A stretch of 64,000 nt of DNA. It comes from Enterobacter phage vB_Ent31. The notes below the pieces were generated by a model. That model saw nothing but the letters and a program-made list of their open reading frames with translations. It was not told the origin of the DNA and searched no databases. The stretch lies in the sequence record OR567511.1. The stretch is one strand, 5' to 3'. How positions within the stretch are numbered: the first letter of the stretch is position 1; each line of letters begins with the position of its first letter. Positions 9,247 through 19,902 of the stretch are shown here, in pieces. A program made the position numbers and the translations under genes.

Positions 9247-9829
9247 TCACTTTCCTCTTAAAATATTCAACCATTCCAGCATAATCTACGGCTGGAAACC
9301 CATTATTCTTAGCTATAGTACCAAATTTACCACGTTTTGGTTTATTATTGCTTAACCAAAGAGAGTACAATTCAGTTTCTTTATCCCATGGGATAGCTGA
9401 GCTTCTTTTAGATATCTTTGTAGAGTCTTTAGCCCAATGAGATTGGGTTTTAAACTTTTCTTTCATTGATTTAGATATCTTAAGTTTTCTTTCATTTGAG
9501 CATGGGCGCTTTAATCCACTCATTGGATGTATTTCCCATACTCTGCCTCCATCTCCACCGTCTGCAATGTTAACACAATTACTGAATTTTTCTTTTGCTT
9601 CTCTTATAAGCAAATTTTCGAATTCAGCGTTTAGTTCAGCGGTTTCAAATGTGGCAAGCACATATTTTTCAAACCTTATACTTGGATTCTTTTTGGCATC
9701 TTTTATAGCCTTGCCAGAACCTATGTACTTATTGTTTAAACCGCATCTAGAAGAATGTTTCCCAAAATACAGTTTTATTCCGTTATCACTTATAATTTTA
9801 GTAAGATAGCAATAATGGTCCATAATCAC
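9236..9829 (-). CDS. Free-standing GIY-YIG homing endonuclease (Seg-like)
   Basis: 197 aa; N-terminal Y..(x)..YIGSG block, downstream NI..GGDGG; inserted between uvsY and gene 25 (adjacent in T4); own promoter upstream. Confidence 0.6.
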   Translation of the reverse strand: MIMDHYCYLTKIISDNGIKLYFGKHSSRCGLNNKYIGSGKAIKDAKKNPSIRFEKYVLATFETAELNAEFENLLIREAKEKFSNCVNIADGGDGGRVWEIHPMSGLKRPCSNERKLKISKSMKEKFKTQSHWAKDSTKISKRSSAIPWDKETELYSLWLSNNKPKRGKFGTIAKNNGFPAVDYAGMVEYFKRKVSET

Positions 9830-9871
9830 CTTTCTTTGTTCAATTTGTTACTCTAGCAAGGAACTCAAAAC

Positions 9872-9899
9872 CATTATAACCATCTTGAAATGAAAGCGA
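9872..9899 (-). promoter_or_regulatory. promoter for free-standing GIY-YIG gene (MotA-box-like TCGCTTTCA + TGGTTATAAT)
   Basis: minus: aTCGCTTTCAtttcaagaTGGTTATAATgg. Confidence 0.4.
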
Positions 9900-10298
9900 T
9901 TAGTTACGGCTTGAGCTTGCCAATTGAAGCTTAATCTGTTCAAGGTCGTCAGGGTTGTCAATGACTGAGAACTGAACTTCAACGATAAGCGTGTAATCAT
10001 CGTAAACCGGAGTGACGTTCACCTGAAGACGACGAATGCGTGGTTCGTAGTTTCTTATAGCAGATGTGATGTTTCGTTCTACAGTGTCAGCTGTAAGAGG
10101 AGTCATGTTCTCGAAAAGCTGGTCTTGTAAATCACACCCAAAGTTAGGGTCAAATGGACGGCTTCCCTTTCTTGTTGTTATAATACCTAAAAGAGAGTTT
10201 TTAATTGCTCGTAACCCACGAGCACGTGCAACGTCTTTGGACCAATCCATTTTAAGTTCAGGGTCCAAATCCGAATAAAGGTCGTTTATATTTGCCAT
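9900..10298 (-). CDS. 25: Baseplate wedge protein gp25
   Basis: 132 aa, near-identical to T4 gp25 (MANIN.LYSD.DPE.KMDW.KDV...RKGSRPFDP.FGCDL). Confidence 0.93.
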   Translation of the reverse strand: MANINDLYSDLDPELKMDWSKDVARARGLRAIKNSLLGIITTRKGSRPFDPNFGCDLQDQLFENMTPLTADTVERNITSAIRNYEPRIRRLQVNVTPVYDDYTLIVEVQFSVIDNPDDLEQIKLQLASSSRN

Positions 10299-10927
10299 TA
10301 CAGATACCTGAAGAATTCTTTAAGGCCTTTAATCACTTCAACGTGAGTTGCTCCGCATTTCTGACATTTCACAGGAACTGCTAGATAAACGGTAGGCTTT
10401 AAAAGCATATTTTTGATGCGGATAATATCCTCTTCAGTTATAGCTGAGTAAAGGTCATCGATTTCTTTGTCATTCAAATCTTCGATTGAAATGGTTTCAC
10501 CATTCACATAGATGTACTCGATACACGTGGCAATCATCTGTGCGATGTTTTTATCATCGAATAATTTTGGATAACGAAGCTTAAGTTTAAAATTCGCTAG
10601 AGGATACCAGAGTTCCTCTGGTTCATCGATTTGTGCAGATGTAAAGTTAATCGGCGTTAATGTTTCGTGACCTTCTGGACATATCCAGATGTTCTCATGA
10701 TTAACCTCACCTAATGAGTGAGACCATAACTGAATCAGCAGAAGTTCTGACTCTTGCTTATTAAGGTTTCGTGCCGATGTACAATTATTAATCAACCGTT
10801 TTACTACTTCATCAATGTTTCCATTGATTTTGCCATCGATGAGCTCTTTGTATTCTTCTAACGTAAAAGCTCTGCATTGGATATCAGAGCCATTAATCTG
10901 GACTTCAAATTTGTAATCGTAGTTCAT
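10298..10927 (-). CDS. 26: Baseplate hub protein gp26
   Basis: 209 aa (T4 gp26 208 aa); position 26-25 with start/stop overlap. Confidence 0.85.
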   Translation of the reverse strand: MNYDYKFEVQINGSDIQCRAFTLEEYKELIDGKINGNIDEVVKRLINNCTSARNLNKQESELLLIQLWSHSLGEVNHENIWICPEGHETLTPINFTSAQIDEPEELWYPLANFKLKLRYPKLFDDKNIAQMIATCIEYIYVNGETISIEDLNDKEIDDLYSAITEEDIIRIKNMLLKPTVYLAVPVKCQKCGATHVEVIKGLKEFFRYL

Positions 10928-10944
10928 ATTAGCTCCTTACGGAC

Positions 10945-10956
10945 TATTTATAAATA
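10945..10956. promoter_or_regulatory. palindromic divergent late promoters TATTTATAAATA (gene 26/25 on minus, gene 51 on plus)
   Basis: exact TATAAATA readable on both strands within 12-nt palindrome between genes 26 and 51. Confidence 0.6.
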
Positions 10957-10976
10957 TTTCAATAAAGGAGACCTCT

Positions 10977-11729
10977 ATGGCCAATATAATTCGTTGTGTA
11001 CTACCGGACGGGGTCCATCGTTTTAAACCCTTCACGGTAGCTGATTACAGAGATTTCCTTCTGGTTCGTAACGACATGCAGCACAAAACTTACGAAGAAC
11101 AGAAGGTGATTATAAAAGAACTTTTAGCTGATTACTTTGGTGAATACCCTGAGACTTTACGCCCATATATGTTTATGAAGGTATTCACCGGCTCAATCGG
11201 TAAAACAAAAATTCCAGTAGCTTTTACTTGTCCGACTTGCGAAAAACAAAAGCAAGTTCTGTTTGATATCAGTCAAGAAGATTTGGTTGAACCTACTATT
11301 GAAGTGGCTGGAATCACAATAGCTTTCAAATTCCCTGAGAAGGAATACGAAGATAAAGCTGCAATGATTTATGATTGCATTAAAGCAATTAAATACAACA
11401 ATCAATGGTATCCTTGGAAGGAGATATCAGAAGACAACCAAATCCAAGTAATAGAAGCAATTGACTTCACAACATTTGAAAAGATTTACACTCAATTAAC
11501 TCCGATGAGATTTGAGCTTAAGATGAAATGTTGTGAGTTGAGAACAAACGTGTATGAAGACATTTTATCAGTTTTTAAGCTTCTGATAAACCCAGATGAA
11601 ATTTTTAGCTTCTATCAAATCAATCACACTCTTGTTAAAAGTTCATACGACTTGAACAGCATAATGGGTATGATTCCAATCGAGCGAAGCATCGCCCTTT
11701 CGTTAGTAGAGAAGGACAATAAGAAATGA
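10977..11729 (+). CDS. 51: Baseplate hub assembly catalyst gp51
   Basis: 250 aa (T4 249 aa); divergent late promoter; followed by 27 with ATGA overlap. Confidence 0.85.
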   Translation: MANIIRCVLPDGVHRFKPFTVADYRDFLLVRNDMQHKTYEEQKVIIKELLADYFGEYPETLRPYMFMKVFTGSIGKTKIPVAFTCPTCEKQKQVLFDISQEDLVEPTIEVAGITIAFKFPEKEYEDKAAMIYDCIKAIKYNNQWYPWKEISEDNQIQVIEAIDFTTFEKIYTQLTPMRFELKMKCCELRTNVYEDILSVFKLLINPDEIFSFYQINHTLVKSSYDLNSIMGMIPIERSIALSLVEKDNKK

Positions 11730-12910
11730 CAGTACTACAACGTCCAGGTTTTCCTAACTTAAGCATAAAGCTCTATGAAAATTACGATGCTTGGTTAGAT
11801 AACCGTTTCCTTGAATTAGCAGCAACTGTAACGACGCTTACTATGCGTGATGGTCTTTATGGAAGAAATGAAGGAATGCTGCAATTCTATGATAACAAAA
11901 ATATGCATACCAGAATGAATGGTGACCAAATCATTCAAATTTCTGTGGCCAATGCAAACAGTAAAAGAACATTGAACCGCATTTACGGTTGTAAGCATTT
12001 TTCAGTTTCAGTTGACTCTAAAGGCGATAACATCATCGCAATTCAACTTGGATTGGTGCACGAGATTATCAACCTCAAGTTTAGTCGTTGTTTCTTCAAC
12101 GATGCTGGTGAGTCAATTAAAGAGATGATTGGTGTAATTTACCAAGACACTCCTCATATCGCTCCAGCTATAAACTCGATTAACACCTACGTTCCACGAG
12201 TTCCATGGACGAGTACATTAAAGGACTATTTAGCTTGGGTTAGAGAAATATCTCTTGCTGTTGAAAGTGACCAGTTCGTGTTTGTGTGGGAAGATATCTA
12301 TGGCATCAACATGATGGACTACGCGTTTATGATTGCCCAAGAGCCTATCCCGGTTGTTGTTGGTGAACCTCGCCAAATTGGCCAAATGATTAATGAACTG
12401 AACACAGACCTTGCTTATAATTTCGAGTGGCTTACTAAAGCTAATCAATTCACGCGTAACCCAATGGCCAATGCTACATTTTATGCCCACAGCTTCTTGG
12501 ATAACCAATTCCCTCGAATTATTACTGGCGATGGTTATAACTCGGTTTTGGTATCTCGCTCAGGTTCATATTCTGAAATGACTTATCGTAATGCATATGA
12601 AGAAGCTTTACGATTAGGAACAATGGCGCAATATGACGGTTATGCTAAGTGCACTATGGTTGGTAACTTTGAATATACTCCAGGAAAAAAGATAAACTTC
12701 TTTGACCCTAAAAACCAATTCCGCACAAACTTTTACGTAGATGAAGTTATTCATGAAGTTTCTAACAACCAGTCAATAACTACATTATACATGTTTACTA
12801 ACGGACAGAACTTAAGTCCAGTAGAACCAATTAAGGTGAAAAATGAATTTAAACCTAATACTTCCAATGAAAACAATTCAAGTGAACCAGAAGGAAATAA
12901 AAATTCCTAA
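11726..12910 (+). CDS. 27: Baseplate hub protein gp27
   Basis: 394 aa (T4 391 aa); synteny 51-27-28-29. Confidence 0.88.
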   Translation: MTVLQRPGFPNLSIKLYENYDAWLDNRFLELAATVTTLTMRDGLYGRNEGMLQFYDNKNMHTRMNGDQIIQISVANANSKRTLNRIYGCKHFSVSVDSKGDNIIAIQLGLVHEIINLKFSRCFFNDAGESIKEMIGVIYQDTPHIAPAINSINTYVPRVPWTSTLKDYLAWVREISLAVESDQFVFVWEDIYGINMMDYAFMIAQEPIPVVVGEPRQIGQMINELNTDLAYNFEWLTKANQFTRNPMANATFYAHSFLDNQFPRIITGDGYNSVLVSRSGSYSEMTYRNAYEEALRLGTMAQYDGYAKCTMVGNFEYTPGKKINFFDPKNQFRTNFYVDEVIHEVSNNQSITTLYMFTNGQNLSPVEPIKVKNEFKPNTSNENNSSEPEGNKNS

Positions 12911-13370
12911 GCTTGGATTGAAGCATCACAACATGCTGAAAGAAGTTAAATCTCCGGAAGAGAATTTATCGCTGCTGATTAATTCAATTCATCCAGGTTT
13001 AACACCAGCCGAAATCGATTACGTTTCAATTCATTTACTTGAGTTCAACGGTAAGATTAAAAGTAAGGTAGTCAAAGATGATTTTGAATATGACCTTTCA
13101 ACTTTAAGAATTGTTCAACGATTAGAATTTCAATTCGCTGGTCATACTTTCAAATTCAGAGCTCCTAAGCAGTTTGAAGGATTTGGCGGTGTTGATAAGA
13201 TGCTTTCAAAATGCCTTGAAACGGTAGACGGTAAAAAAGAAGATGTCGACTTCATGAAGATGCCAGCATTTGTAACTAAATGGGCAGACGACATTTCAAG
13301 TACTGTAGCAGTAAGCGGCCCTAATGGCGACATCAGAGGAGTTGCCAAAATCATAGGAATTTTTGAATGA
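12843..13370 (+). CDS. 28: Baseplate hub distal protein gp28
   Basis: 175 aa (T4 177 aa); SD AAGGTGAAAA before ATG 12843; overlaps gp27 3' end. Confidence 0.8.
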   Translation: MNLNLILPMKTIQVNQKEIKIPKLGLKHHNMLKEVKSPEENLSLLINSIHPGLTPAEIDYVSIHLLEFNGKIKSKVVKDDFEYDLSTLRIVQRLEFQFAGHTFKFRAPKQFEGFGGVDKMLSKCLETVDGKKEDVDFMKMPAFVTKWADDISSTVAVSGPNGDIRGVAKIIGIFE

Positions 13371-15127
13371 AAACCGAAAACATGAAGACGATGCGCCGGA
13401 AGGTTATTGAAGAGGGTCGTAGTGAAAGAGATGCAGCGAAAGCTGCATCAACTCAAGCCGAATCTTTATCAGTTCTTTCTTCTCAGCTTGATGATTTACA
13501 AACTCAAGCTGAGCTTACGTCTGAAGTAATTGAGGATAAAGGTAATCAAGTTATTGATGCCTTGAATCGCGTTGACCAAAGCATAATTGATACTACAGCC
13601 GGAGCTGAATTAACCGCCGAAGCATCTGAAAGAACTACAGAAGCTGTTAAGCAGCAGACTGAAGTATCAAACAAGATTTCAGATAAGCTCAGTAAGCTAA
13701 CAGAACTTTTAAATGAACGTCTTTCAGCTATCACTCCGAATCTTCCACAGATATCTGTTCCAGATACGTCACTGTCTGTAGTTGAAGATGCAGTACCTGT
13801 TGATATAGTGACACCAGGGTTACCAGAATTACTTCAGGAGTTAATTCCGGACCCGGTCAATAATACCAATAACCCTAATGATGCGTTCTTCCCTACCGTT
13901 CCAGAGAACCCAGAGAGTGATTCTAAAAAGGGAGCTGATGAGGAACGTAAGAAGAAAGACTCTGACACTCTGAGCAATCTGCTTAAAGCTACAAAAAGCG
14001 GATTCAAAGCTTCAATGAGCATTACAGACAGAATAGCTGGAATGCTTTTCAAGTACACTGTAACTGCTGTGATTGAAGCTGCTAAAACAGCTGCACTGCT
14101 GTTCTCTATCGTGCTCGGTATAGATGTTATAATGAAGCACTTCAAGTATTGGTCAGATAAATTCACTTCAGACTTTGATAAGTTCTCTGCTGAAGCTGGC
14201 GAATGGGGAAGCACATTATCATCTATATTTGGAACACTTGAAAATATTCAGAAGTTCTGGGAAGCTGGAGATTGGTCTGGATTAACTGTGGCTATTGTAA
14301 AAGGCGTAACTGAAATCATTTACAACCTCAGCGAACTCATTTCTTTAGGAATGTCAAAAGTGGCTGCTGCTATTCTTTCACTTATTCCTGGTTTAGGAGA
14401 TGCTGCATTATCTGTTGAAGGAGCTGCATTGGAAGGTTTCCAAGAAAGAACGGGTAACTCTCTTTCTAAAGAAGACCAAGACACATTAGCTAAGTATCAA
14501 TCATCTAAGATTGAAAAAGGCGAAAACTTCTTCGATAAAGTATCTCAAGGTAAAACTTGGATTGTTAACAAAATAACTGGAGATGCTAACATTTCTGATT
14601 TTGTTACAGATGAAGAAAGAGAATCCCAGAATGAAAAACTTCGTCAGATGAAACCTGAAGAAAGGGAACAAGTTCTGAAGAAAGGGAATGAAGCTCGTGC
14701 TGCTATTGTTAGATTTGAAAAATACATGGAACAAATCAACCCTGATGATAAACGCTCAGTTGAATCAGCTGATAAAGCATATGCTAATCTTCAAACGCAG
14801 TTAAACGACACTGACCTGAATAATTCTCCTGTAACTAAAAAAGAATTAAGTGCTCGTATGAATATTGTTACTGCTAAGTATGATAAGCTCAAAGGTAAAG
14901 AACCTCAGCCTGCTCCATCGTCTCAATCTGAGGATGTTAAAAAAGTCGAAAGCATTGAGAAGAATAAAGCGGCTAAAGAGGCTTCATTAGGTACTAGTGC
15001 TGGAGCTGCTGCGGCTAACTTGTTCAATACAAATAACGTCATTAACAACAGTAGAACTATAAATACTGTTAGTCCTGTAACGAGCACTAATGCTCCAGGC
15101 GTATTTGGTGCAACTGGTGTTAACTAA
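13367..15127 (+). CDS. 29: Baseplate hub / tail length tape-measure protein gp29
   Basis: 586 aa (T4 590 aa); ATGA overlap with 28. Confidence 0.88.
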   Translation: MKTENMKTMRRKVIEEGRSERDAAKAASTQAESLSVLSSQLDDLQTQAELTSEVIEDKGNQVIDALNRVDQSIIDTTAGAELTAEASERTTEAVKQQTEVSNKISDKLSKLTELLNERLSAITPNLPQISVPDTSLSVVEDAVPVDIVTPGLPELLQELIPDPVNNTNNPNDAFFPTVPENPESDSKKGADEERKKKDSDTLSNLLKATKSGFKASMSITDRIAGMLFKYTVTAVIEAAKTAALLFSIVLGIDVIMKHFKYWSDKFTSDFDKFSAEAGEWGSTLSSIFGTLENIQKFWEAGDWSGLTVAIVKGVTEIIYNLSELISLGMSKVAAAILSLIPGLGDAALSVEGAALEGFQERTGNSLSKEDQDTLAKYQSSKIEKGENFFDKVSQGKTWIVNKITGDANISDFVTDEERESQNEKLRQMKPEEREQVLKKGNEARAAIVRFEKYMEQINPDDKRSVESADKAYANLQTQLNDTDLNNSPVTKKELSARMNIVTAKYDKLKGKEPQPAPSSQSEDVKKVESIEKNKAAKEASLGTSAGAAAANLFNTNNVINNSRTINTVSPVTSTNAPGVFGATGVN

Positions 15128-15136
15128 GGAATAATC

Positions 15137-16186
15137 ATGGCTATAAGAGCTACAGAAATTCTAGATAAAGATTTCGGCAGTGGAGAAAAGACCTCTGCCG
15201 GTCAAAGTTCTATTTCGTCAACTCGAAGAAGTACTATAGTAGCTCAATACCCGGCACAACGTGCCGCCGGTAACGATGCTGCAGGAGACCTTCGTGTTCA
15301 TGACCTTTATAAAAATGGATTGCTTTTTACCGCATATGATATGAGTTCAAGAACATCTCCGGACCTTCGTAATATGCGACAATCCCAATTGAGTAAATCA
15401 GCGAGTTCTATTCTTAATAGCCTCGGAATTAAAAATAACGGCCAAGTTGATAAATCTCCGATTGCGAATATTTTACTTCCACGTTCTAAATCTGACGTTG
15501 AATCAACTTCTCACAAGTTCAATGACGTTGGTGAATCATTAATTACTCGTGGAAATAATTCAGCTACTGGAGTATTGAGTAACGTTGCATCCACAGCAGT
15601 ATTTGGTGCATTAGATTCAGTCACTCAAGGTCTGATGGCTGACAATAACGAGCAAATCTATAATACCGCGCGAAGCATGTATGCGGGAGCAGATAACAGA
15701 ACAAAAGTATTCACTTGGGATTTGACTCCTCGTTCAGTAGCTGATTTAGTTTCAATTATTCAGATATACGAGTGCTTTAATTATTTCAGCTATGGCGAAA
15801 CTGGCAATTCAAGTTACGCTAAAGAATTAAAAGGCCAATTGGATGAGTGGTACAAAACAACTCTGCTGTCTCCATTAACTCCAGATGGAGCTGATTTGAA
15901 CAACACGATGTTTGAAAATATCACTTCATTCTTAAGTAACGTTATTGTTGTAACTAACCCAACGGTATGGTTCATCAGAAACTTTGGTAAGACATCTAAA
16001 TTTGATGGAAGAACCGAGTTGTTTGGTCCATGTCAGATTCAGAGTATTCGCTTTGATAAAACTCCGAATGGTCAATTCAATGGTTTAGCAATTGCTCCTA
16101 ATATGCCAAGCACTTTTACTCTGGAAATTACTTTCCGTGAAATCTTGACATTAAGCAGGGCATCACTTTATGCAGAAGGTTTCTAA
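15137..16186 (+). CDS. 48: Baseplate tail-tube junction protein gp48
   Basis: 349 aa; synteny 29-48-54. Confidence 0.88.
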   Translation: MAIRATEILDKDFGSGEKTSAGQSSISSTRRSTIVAQYPAQRAAGNDAAGDLRVHDLYKNGLLFTAYDMSSRTSPDLRNMRQSQLSKSASSILNSLGIKNNGQVDKSPIANILLPRSKSDVESTSHKFNDVGESLITRGNNSATGVLSNVASTAVFGALDSVTQGLMADNNEQIYNTARSMYAGADNRTKVFTWDLTPRSVADLVSIIQIYECFNYFSYGETGNSSYAKELKGQLDEWYKTTLLSPLTPDGADLNNTMFENITSFLSNVIVVTNPTVWFIRNFGKTSKFDGRTELFGPCQIQSIRFDKTPNGQFNGLAIAPNMPSTFTLEITFREILTLSRASLYAEGF

Positions 16187-17148
16187 TGCTTAATTTAGAT
16201 GAATTCAACAACCAAGTAATGAACGTTGATTTTCAACGTACAAATATGTTTAGTTGTGTATTCGCAACGACTCCATCTGCAAAGTCTCAATTATTGTTGG
16301 ACCAATTCGGTGGAATGCTTTATAATAACTTGCCAGTCTCAGGAGACTGGCTTGGATTATCTCAAGGCGAATTTACACAAGGAATTACATCAATTATCAC
16401 TGCAGGTACTCAAGAACTAGTTCGTAAATCGGGTGTATCTAAGTACCTTATCGGTGCAATGACAAACCGTGTTGTTCAATCTTTATTGGGAGAATTTGAA
16501 GTTGGTACTTATTTACTTGACTTCTTCAATATGGCTTTCCCAACATCAGGATTGATGATTTATTCAGCTAAAATTCCTGATAACAGACTGTCACACGAAA
16601 CAGATTGGCTTCATAACTCTCCTAATATTCGTATCACCGGAAGAGAATTGGAGCCACTTACATTAAGTTTCCGAATGGATTCTGAAGCAAGCAACTGGAG
16701 AGCAATGCAAGACTGGGTTAACTCTGTACAAGACCCAGTCACTGGATTAAGAGCTCTTCCTATCGATGTTGAAGCTGATATTCAAGTTAACTTACATGCA
16801 CGTAATGGATTACCTCATACTGTGTGTATGTTTACTGGGTGTGTTCCAGTTTCATGTGGTTCACCTGAATTTACTTGGGATGGCGACAACCAAATTGCTG
16901 TATTTGACGTTCAGTTTGCTTATCGCGTTATGCAGGTGGGTGCTGTTGGTCGTCAAGCTGCTGCTGATTGGGTTGAAGATAGGCTTGTTCATGCTATTGG
17001 AAATATTTCTGATGACATGAGTCTTGACCCATCATTGTCAAGACTTAGTAGATTAGGAGGCGCTGGCGGTGGCATTACTCAGATGGGTAATGCAATAGGG
17101 CGTAAGACTGGAATGTGGAATAGTACTTCCAAGATACTTGGATTATGA
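16186..17148 (+). CDS. 54: Baseplate tail-tube initiator gp54
   Basis: 320 aa, same length as T4 gp54; followed by bidirectional terminator. Confidence 0.88.
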   Translation: MLNLDEFNNQVMNVDFQRTNMFSCVFATTPSAKSQLLLDQFGGMLYNNLPVSGDWLGLSQGEFTQGITSIITAGTQELVRKSGVSKYLIGAMTNRVVQSLLGEFEVGTYLLDFFNMAFPTSGLMIYSAKIPDNRLSHETDWLHNSPNIRITGRELEPLTLSFRMDSEASNWRAMQDWVNSVQDPVTGLRALPIDVEADIQVNLHARNGLPHTVCMFTGCVPVSCGSPEFTWDGDNQIAVFDVQFAYRVMQVGAVGRQAAADWVEDRLVHAIGNISDDMSLDPSLSRLSRLGGAGGGITQMGNAIGRKTGMWNSTSKILGL

Positions 17149-17176
17149 AAAAAGGGAGCCTTTCGGCTCCCTTTGT
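17148..17176. terminator. bidirectional terminator between gene 54 and alt.-1
   Basis: AAAAAAGGGAGCCTTTCGGCTCCCTTTGTTTTATTT. Confidence 0.65.
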
Positions 17177-17177
17177 T

Positions 17178-17468
17178 TTATTTACGGAACACCACGAAAG
17201 CATTAATAACAACTTCCGAAGACTGCTCAACGTTAGTTACAGTGATTTTAAACGGAACTTCACCATCGAATTTACCATTCAGAGTATAAGCGATATACCC
17301 TTCACATTTATCTTCTGGAATTCCGAACGGTGCCAGTGGAACCATTTCAACCATTCCTTTAGCAATCTTTTGAATCTCGTTAAAGACCATGTTGTTGAAT
17401 TCGTCAGATACTGGAACTACACCTTCAACTACAGTTTCTTGGCCATTCATACGTAGAATCGATTTCAT
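17178..17468 (-). CDS. hypothetical early protein (alt.-1 position)
   Basis: ORF 17178..17513 trimmed to ATG 17468 preceded by GAGGAG; driven by early promoter copy 1. Confidence 0.5.
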   Translation of the reverse strand: MKSILRMNGQETVVEGVVPVSDEFNNMVFNEIQKIAKGMVEMVPLAPFGIPEDKCEGYIAYTLNGKFDGEVPFKITVTNVEQSSEVVINAFVVFRK

Positions 17469-17493
17469 GATGTTCTCCTCAGTTAGTGTAAGT

Positions 17494-17530
17494 CTATAGT
17501 AACACACTTCCATGTGCGTGTAAACGGTTA
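17494..17530 (-). promoter_or_regulatory. T4-type early (sigma70) promoter cassette, copy 1
   Basis: minus-strand CCGTTTACAC(-35 GTTTAC)…17 nt…TGTTACTATA (-10); conserved 11-mer GTAAACGG family. Confidence 0.6.
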
Positions 17531-19630
17531 AAGAACGAACTTCTCTGGGGTGTCTTCAACATCAATCATTGAAGCCAGCAGAGCAAGAATCTTGTTACTT
17601 TCCGATGTCTTTGTGGACTTCACAAATCCTTCAAAATCAAATGGGCTTGATTCGGGCTGAGGTTCGTCACTGTATTCTACCACTTCACCAGTTTCCATCA
17701 GAACATCGCCGTCATAAACAACAGCTTCTTCTAGCTGGTCAGCCGTCATTACTTCGGCTTGGATAAATTTCTGATTGTTGTAAACCATGCCATCATTATA
17801 GGAAGCGTCTGTAATTTTATTAATCTGGAGCATAGTACCGCGTGGAAGAATAACTTCCATTTCACCTGACATATTACTTAAGTCGCCAGGATAAACCACG
17901 TTAACTTTCTCGCCGCCAGTAATAGCCCAACCTAATGAAATGCGAATACGTTCTTCACCATATTCTTGAACCATTCTAATTTCTTGGTCTGGAACAATAG
18001 CAGTTTCATCTGATTTATCAACTGTTAAAACAGCACGAGTATTATCAGAAGCCATTGCTACGCCTTGGTTACCTTTCCAACCACCAAAGATAATTGGAGA
18101 TAAAGATGTTGAAACATAGTTTCTGAAATAGAATACTCTGTTCTTAACCATAGCTTCAAAAATTGGTTTACGAACTGACTGTGAACGCCATAAGGTAAGT
18201 CCTTCTGGAATTCTGTCACCGCGTTTAAATGCATCGTCCAAATTTTTGATAGCAGTAGTAACTTCTTTATAAGACAGAGTATCGTAATTGTCAGCTCTGT
18301 AACGGCCTAAAAGCATATTGTTGATGTCTGAATAACCGGAACCAACATACTCTTTAATGCCACGTTTTTCTGCGTTTGTATATTGAAGAGGCGTACGAGT
18401 ACGAGTAATATCTTCAATAGTAGCAGAAACGTTTTTAGCATAACCTTGAAGAGCTGCTTTAATCATTTTGGTACGTTCAATGTTCCAAAGATTATTAGCC
18501 ATATGTTCTTTATATTCTGGCTCTAAGTTTGGAGAAATACGACTCATGATATGTTCCATCGCTTCATGCTTGCGCTCTTCTAATGAATCCAAAAGAGTTT
18601 GAGTATATGCCTGCATACTCTTAACAGAAGTTAATGGAGCATTGCCAATTCTTGATTCAAGTTCTTTTACGAATCTTTGTTCAAATTTCTCAGATTGGCT
18701 CAATTTAATCGTAGTTAACGATTTTAAATGGAAAATAGCACCAGTAGCTGCTAATTGAGCAGAACGAGCTTTAGCCGCTTTAGATTCTACTGCATCCTTC
18801 AATTGCTGAGCTTCTGGAATAGGATTTGCCGTTGCGGGTTTACTGAATTCGGCAGCAGTAGCTTCGTATTTTTCAAATTCTTCTGGGTCATGAATAATGT
18901 CAGAAGTTAAAGATTGACTTGCTGCTACTTGACGACGAGATACCTTAGCACGAGCAATAACAGATTGGTCGGTACGTTTGTCGTTCTCTTGAGCAATAGT
19001 AGCTGCTAATGCTTCTGATTTAGAAACTTGTTTACCCGACTTATTATTGATGTAAACATCACCGACGGCGGTGTCGACCTTAGTGAACTCTTCTGTTGAT
19101 ATCTCTGGGATGCCAGGGACGGTTGAGAGGTCAACATTCTTACGATGAATAAGAACATATACGTACTTCTTATCGTAATCATAGAGTTCTTTCAGGATAA
19201 CAAAACGACCACCCAGACGACTCATTACCAAACGGTTGATAATCATCTGAACTGCTCGAGCTTGTCCACCCATTTTGCTTTTAGCAATACGAAACATTAC
19301 AGCATCCATTTTGTATTTCTTCACAGTTTGAGATACTAAGTCAAACATAGTAGAAATAACACCCAATGGATTACCACCAAGATTTTTCAGCTTAACCAAA
19401 GTACCTTTTTCAGATACACCAAGCACAATAGCATGCATCATCTTATCACCAGGTTTAACGTTCTTGTTAACGTCTCCGCCGCCAGTGTAAGAACACATAC
19501 GAAGAGCTACTGAACCTTCTGGAGCAGCAATAGCAAAAATCTGTGGAATTTTAGTTTTCGGATAAAGATTAGTGACCGGAAGCATTTCTGAATCCGCGTC
19601 AAAAACCTCATTTAATTGAAATTCGGTCAT
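17528..19630 (-). CDS. alt: Alt ADP-ribosyltransferase (injected, modifies host RNAP)
   Basis: Aligns along its length with T4 Alt (…TNLYPK.KIPQIFA… GDKMMH… RYVILKELYDYDKKYVYVLIHRKNV…YVGSGY.DINN…VFYFRNYVSTSL…ITDASYNDG…IQAEVMT); ORF track start is TTG; ATG at 19630 with GAGGA RBS. Confidence 0.92.
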   Translation of the reverse strand: MTEFQLNEVFDADSEMLPVTNLYPKTKIPQIFAIAAPEGSVALRMCSYTGGGDVNKNVKPGDKMMHAIVLGVSEKGTLVKLKNLGGNPLGVISTMFDLVSQTVKKYKMDAVMFRIAKSKMGGQARAVQMIINRLVMSRLGGRFVILKELYDYDKKYVYVLIHRKNVDLSTVPGIPEISTEEFTKVDTAVGDVYINNKSGKQVSKSEALAATIAQENDKRTDQSVIARAKVSRRQVAASQSLTSDIIHDPEEFEKYEATAAEFSKPATANPIPEAQQLKDAVESKAAKARSAQLAATGAIFHLKSLTTIKLSQSEKFEQRFVKELESRIGNAPLTSVKSMQAYTQTLLDSLEERKHEAMEHIMSRISPNLEPEYKEHMANNLWNIERTKMIKAALQGYAKNVSATIEDITRTRTPLQYTNAEKRGIKEYVGSGYSDINNMLLGRYRADNYDTLSYKEVTTAIKNLDDAFKRGDRIPEGLTLWRSQSVRKPIFEAMVKNRVFYFRNYVSTSLSPIIFGGWKGNQGVAMASDNTRAVLTVDKSDETAIVPDQEIRMVQEYGEERIRISLGWAITGGEKVNVVYPGDLSNMSGEMEVILPRGTMLQINKITDASYNDGMVYNNQKFIQAEVMTADQLEEAVVYDGDVLMETGEVVEYSDEPQPESSPFDFEGFVKSTKTSESNKILALLASMIDVEDTPEKFVL

Positions 19631-19683
19631 TATGAGTCCTCTATTGTTTCTTATATTTATAGACAATTAAAGCCCCGAAGGGC

Positions 19684-19902
19684 TTAGACTGCAATAATAT
19701 TCCTGAAGATTTCAACTTTTCCGCCACCACGAGTAGCAATGACCTCGTGTTTGTTGATTCCTGAAACTCGACCATCTGTAAATGATTCTACTTCACCTTG
19801 CGGGCGGAATGGTAATTCGACCAAGCTCTGTGTTACATTAGCGGCTCGTCCTGAGCCTTCACCTGGGTGAGCAATTGTGATAATCTCTAAATAGAATTTC
19901 AT
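19684..19902 (-). CDS. hypothetical 72-aa protein between alt and 30
   Basis: ATGA start/stop overlap with gene 30 implies translational coupling. Confidence 0.45.
   Translation of the reverse strand: MKFYLEIITIAHPGEGSGRAANVTQSLVELPFRPQGEVESFTDGRVSGINKHEVIATRGGGKVEIFRNIIAV

Noticed and set aside
17528-19666. N-terminal extensions of Alt, gp30, gp52, motA, rIII and ndd in the ORF track
   Set aside because: Track ORFs begin at upstream TTG/GTG or weak ATG codons without an RBS. They were trimmed to ATG codons with GAGG-type Shine-Dalgarno sequences that also match the T4 protein N-termini.
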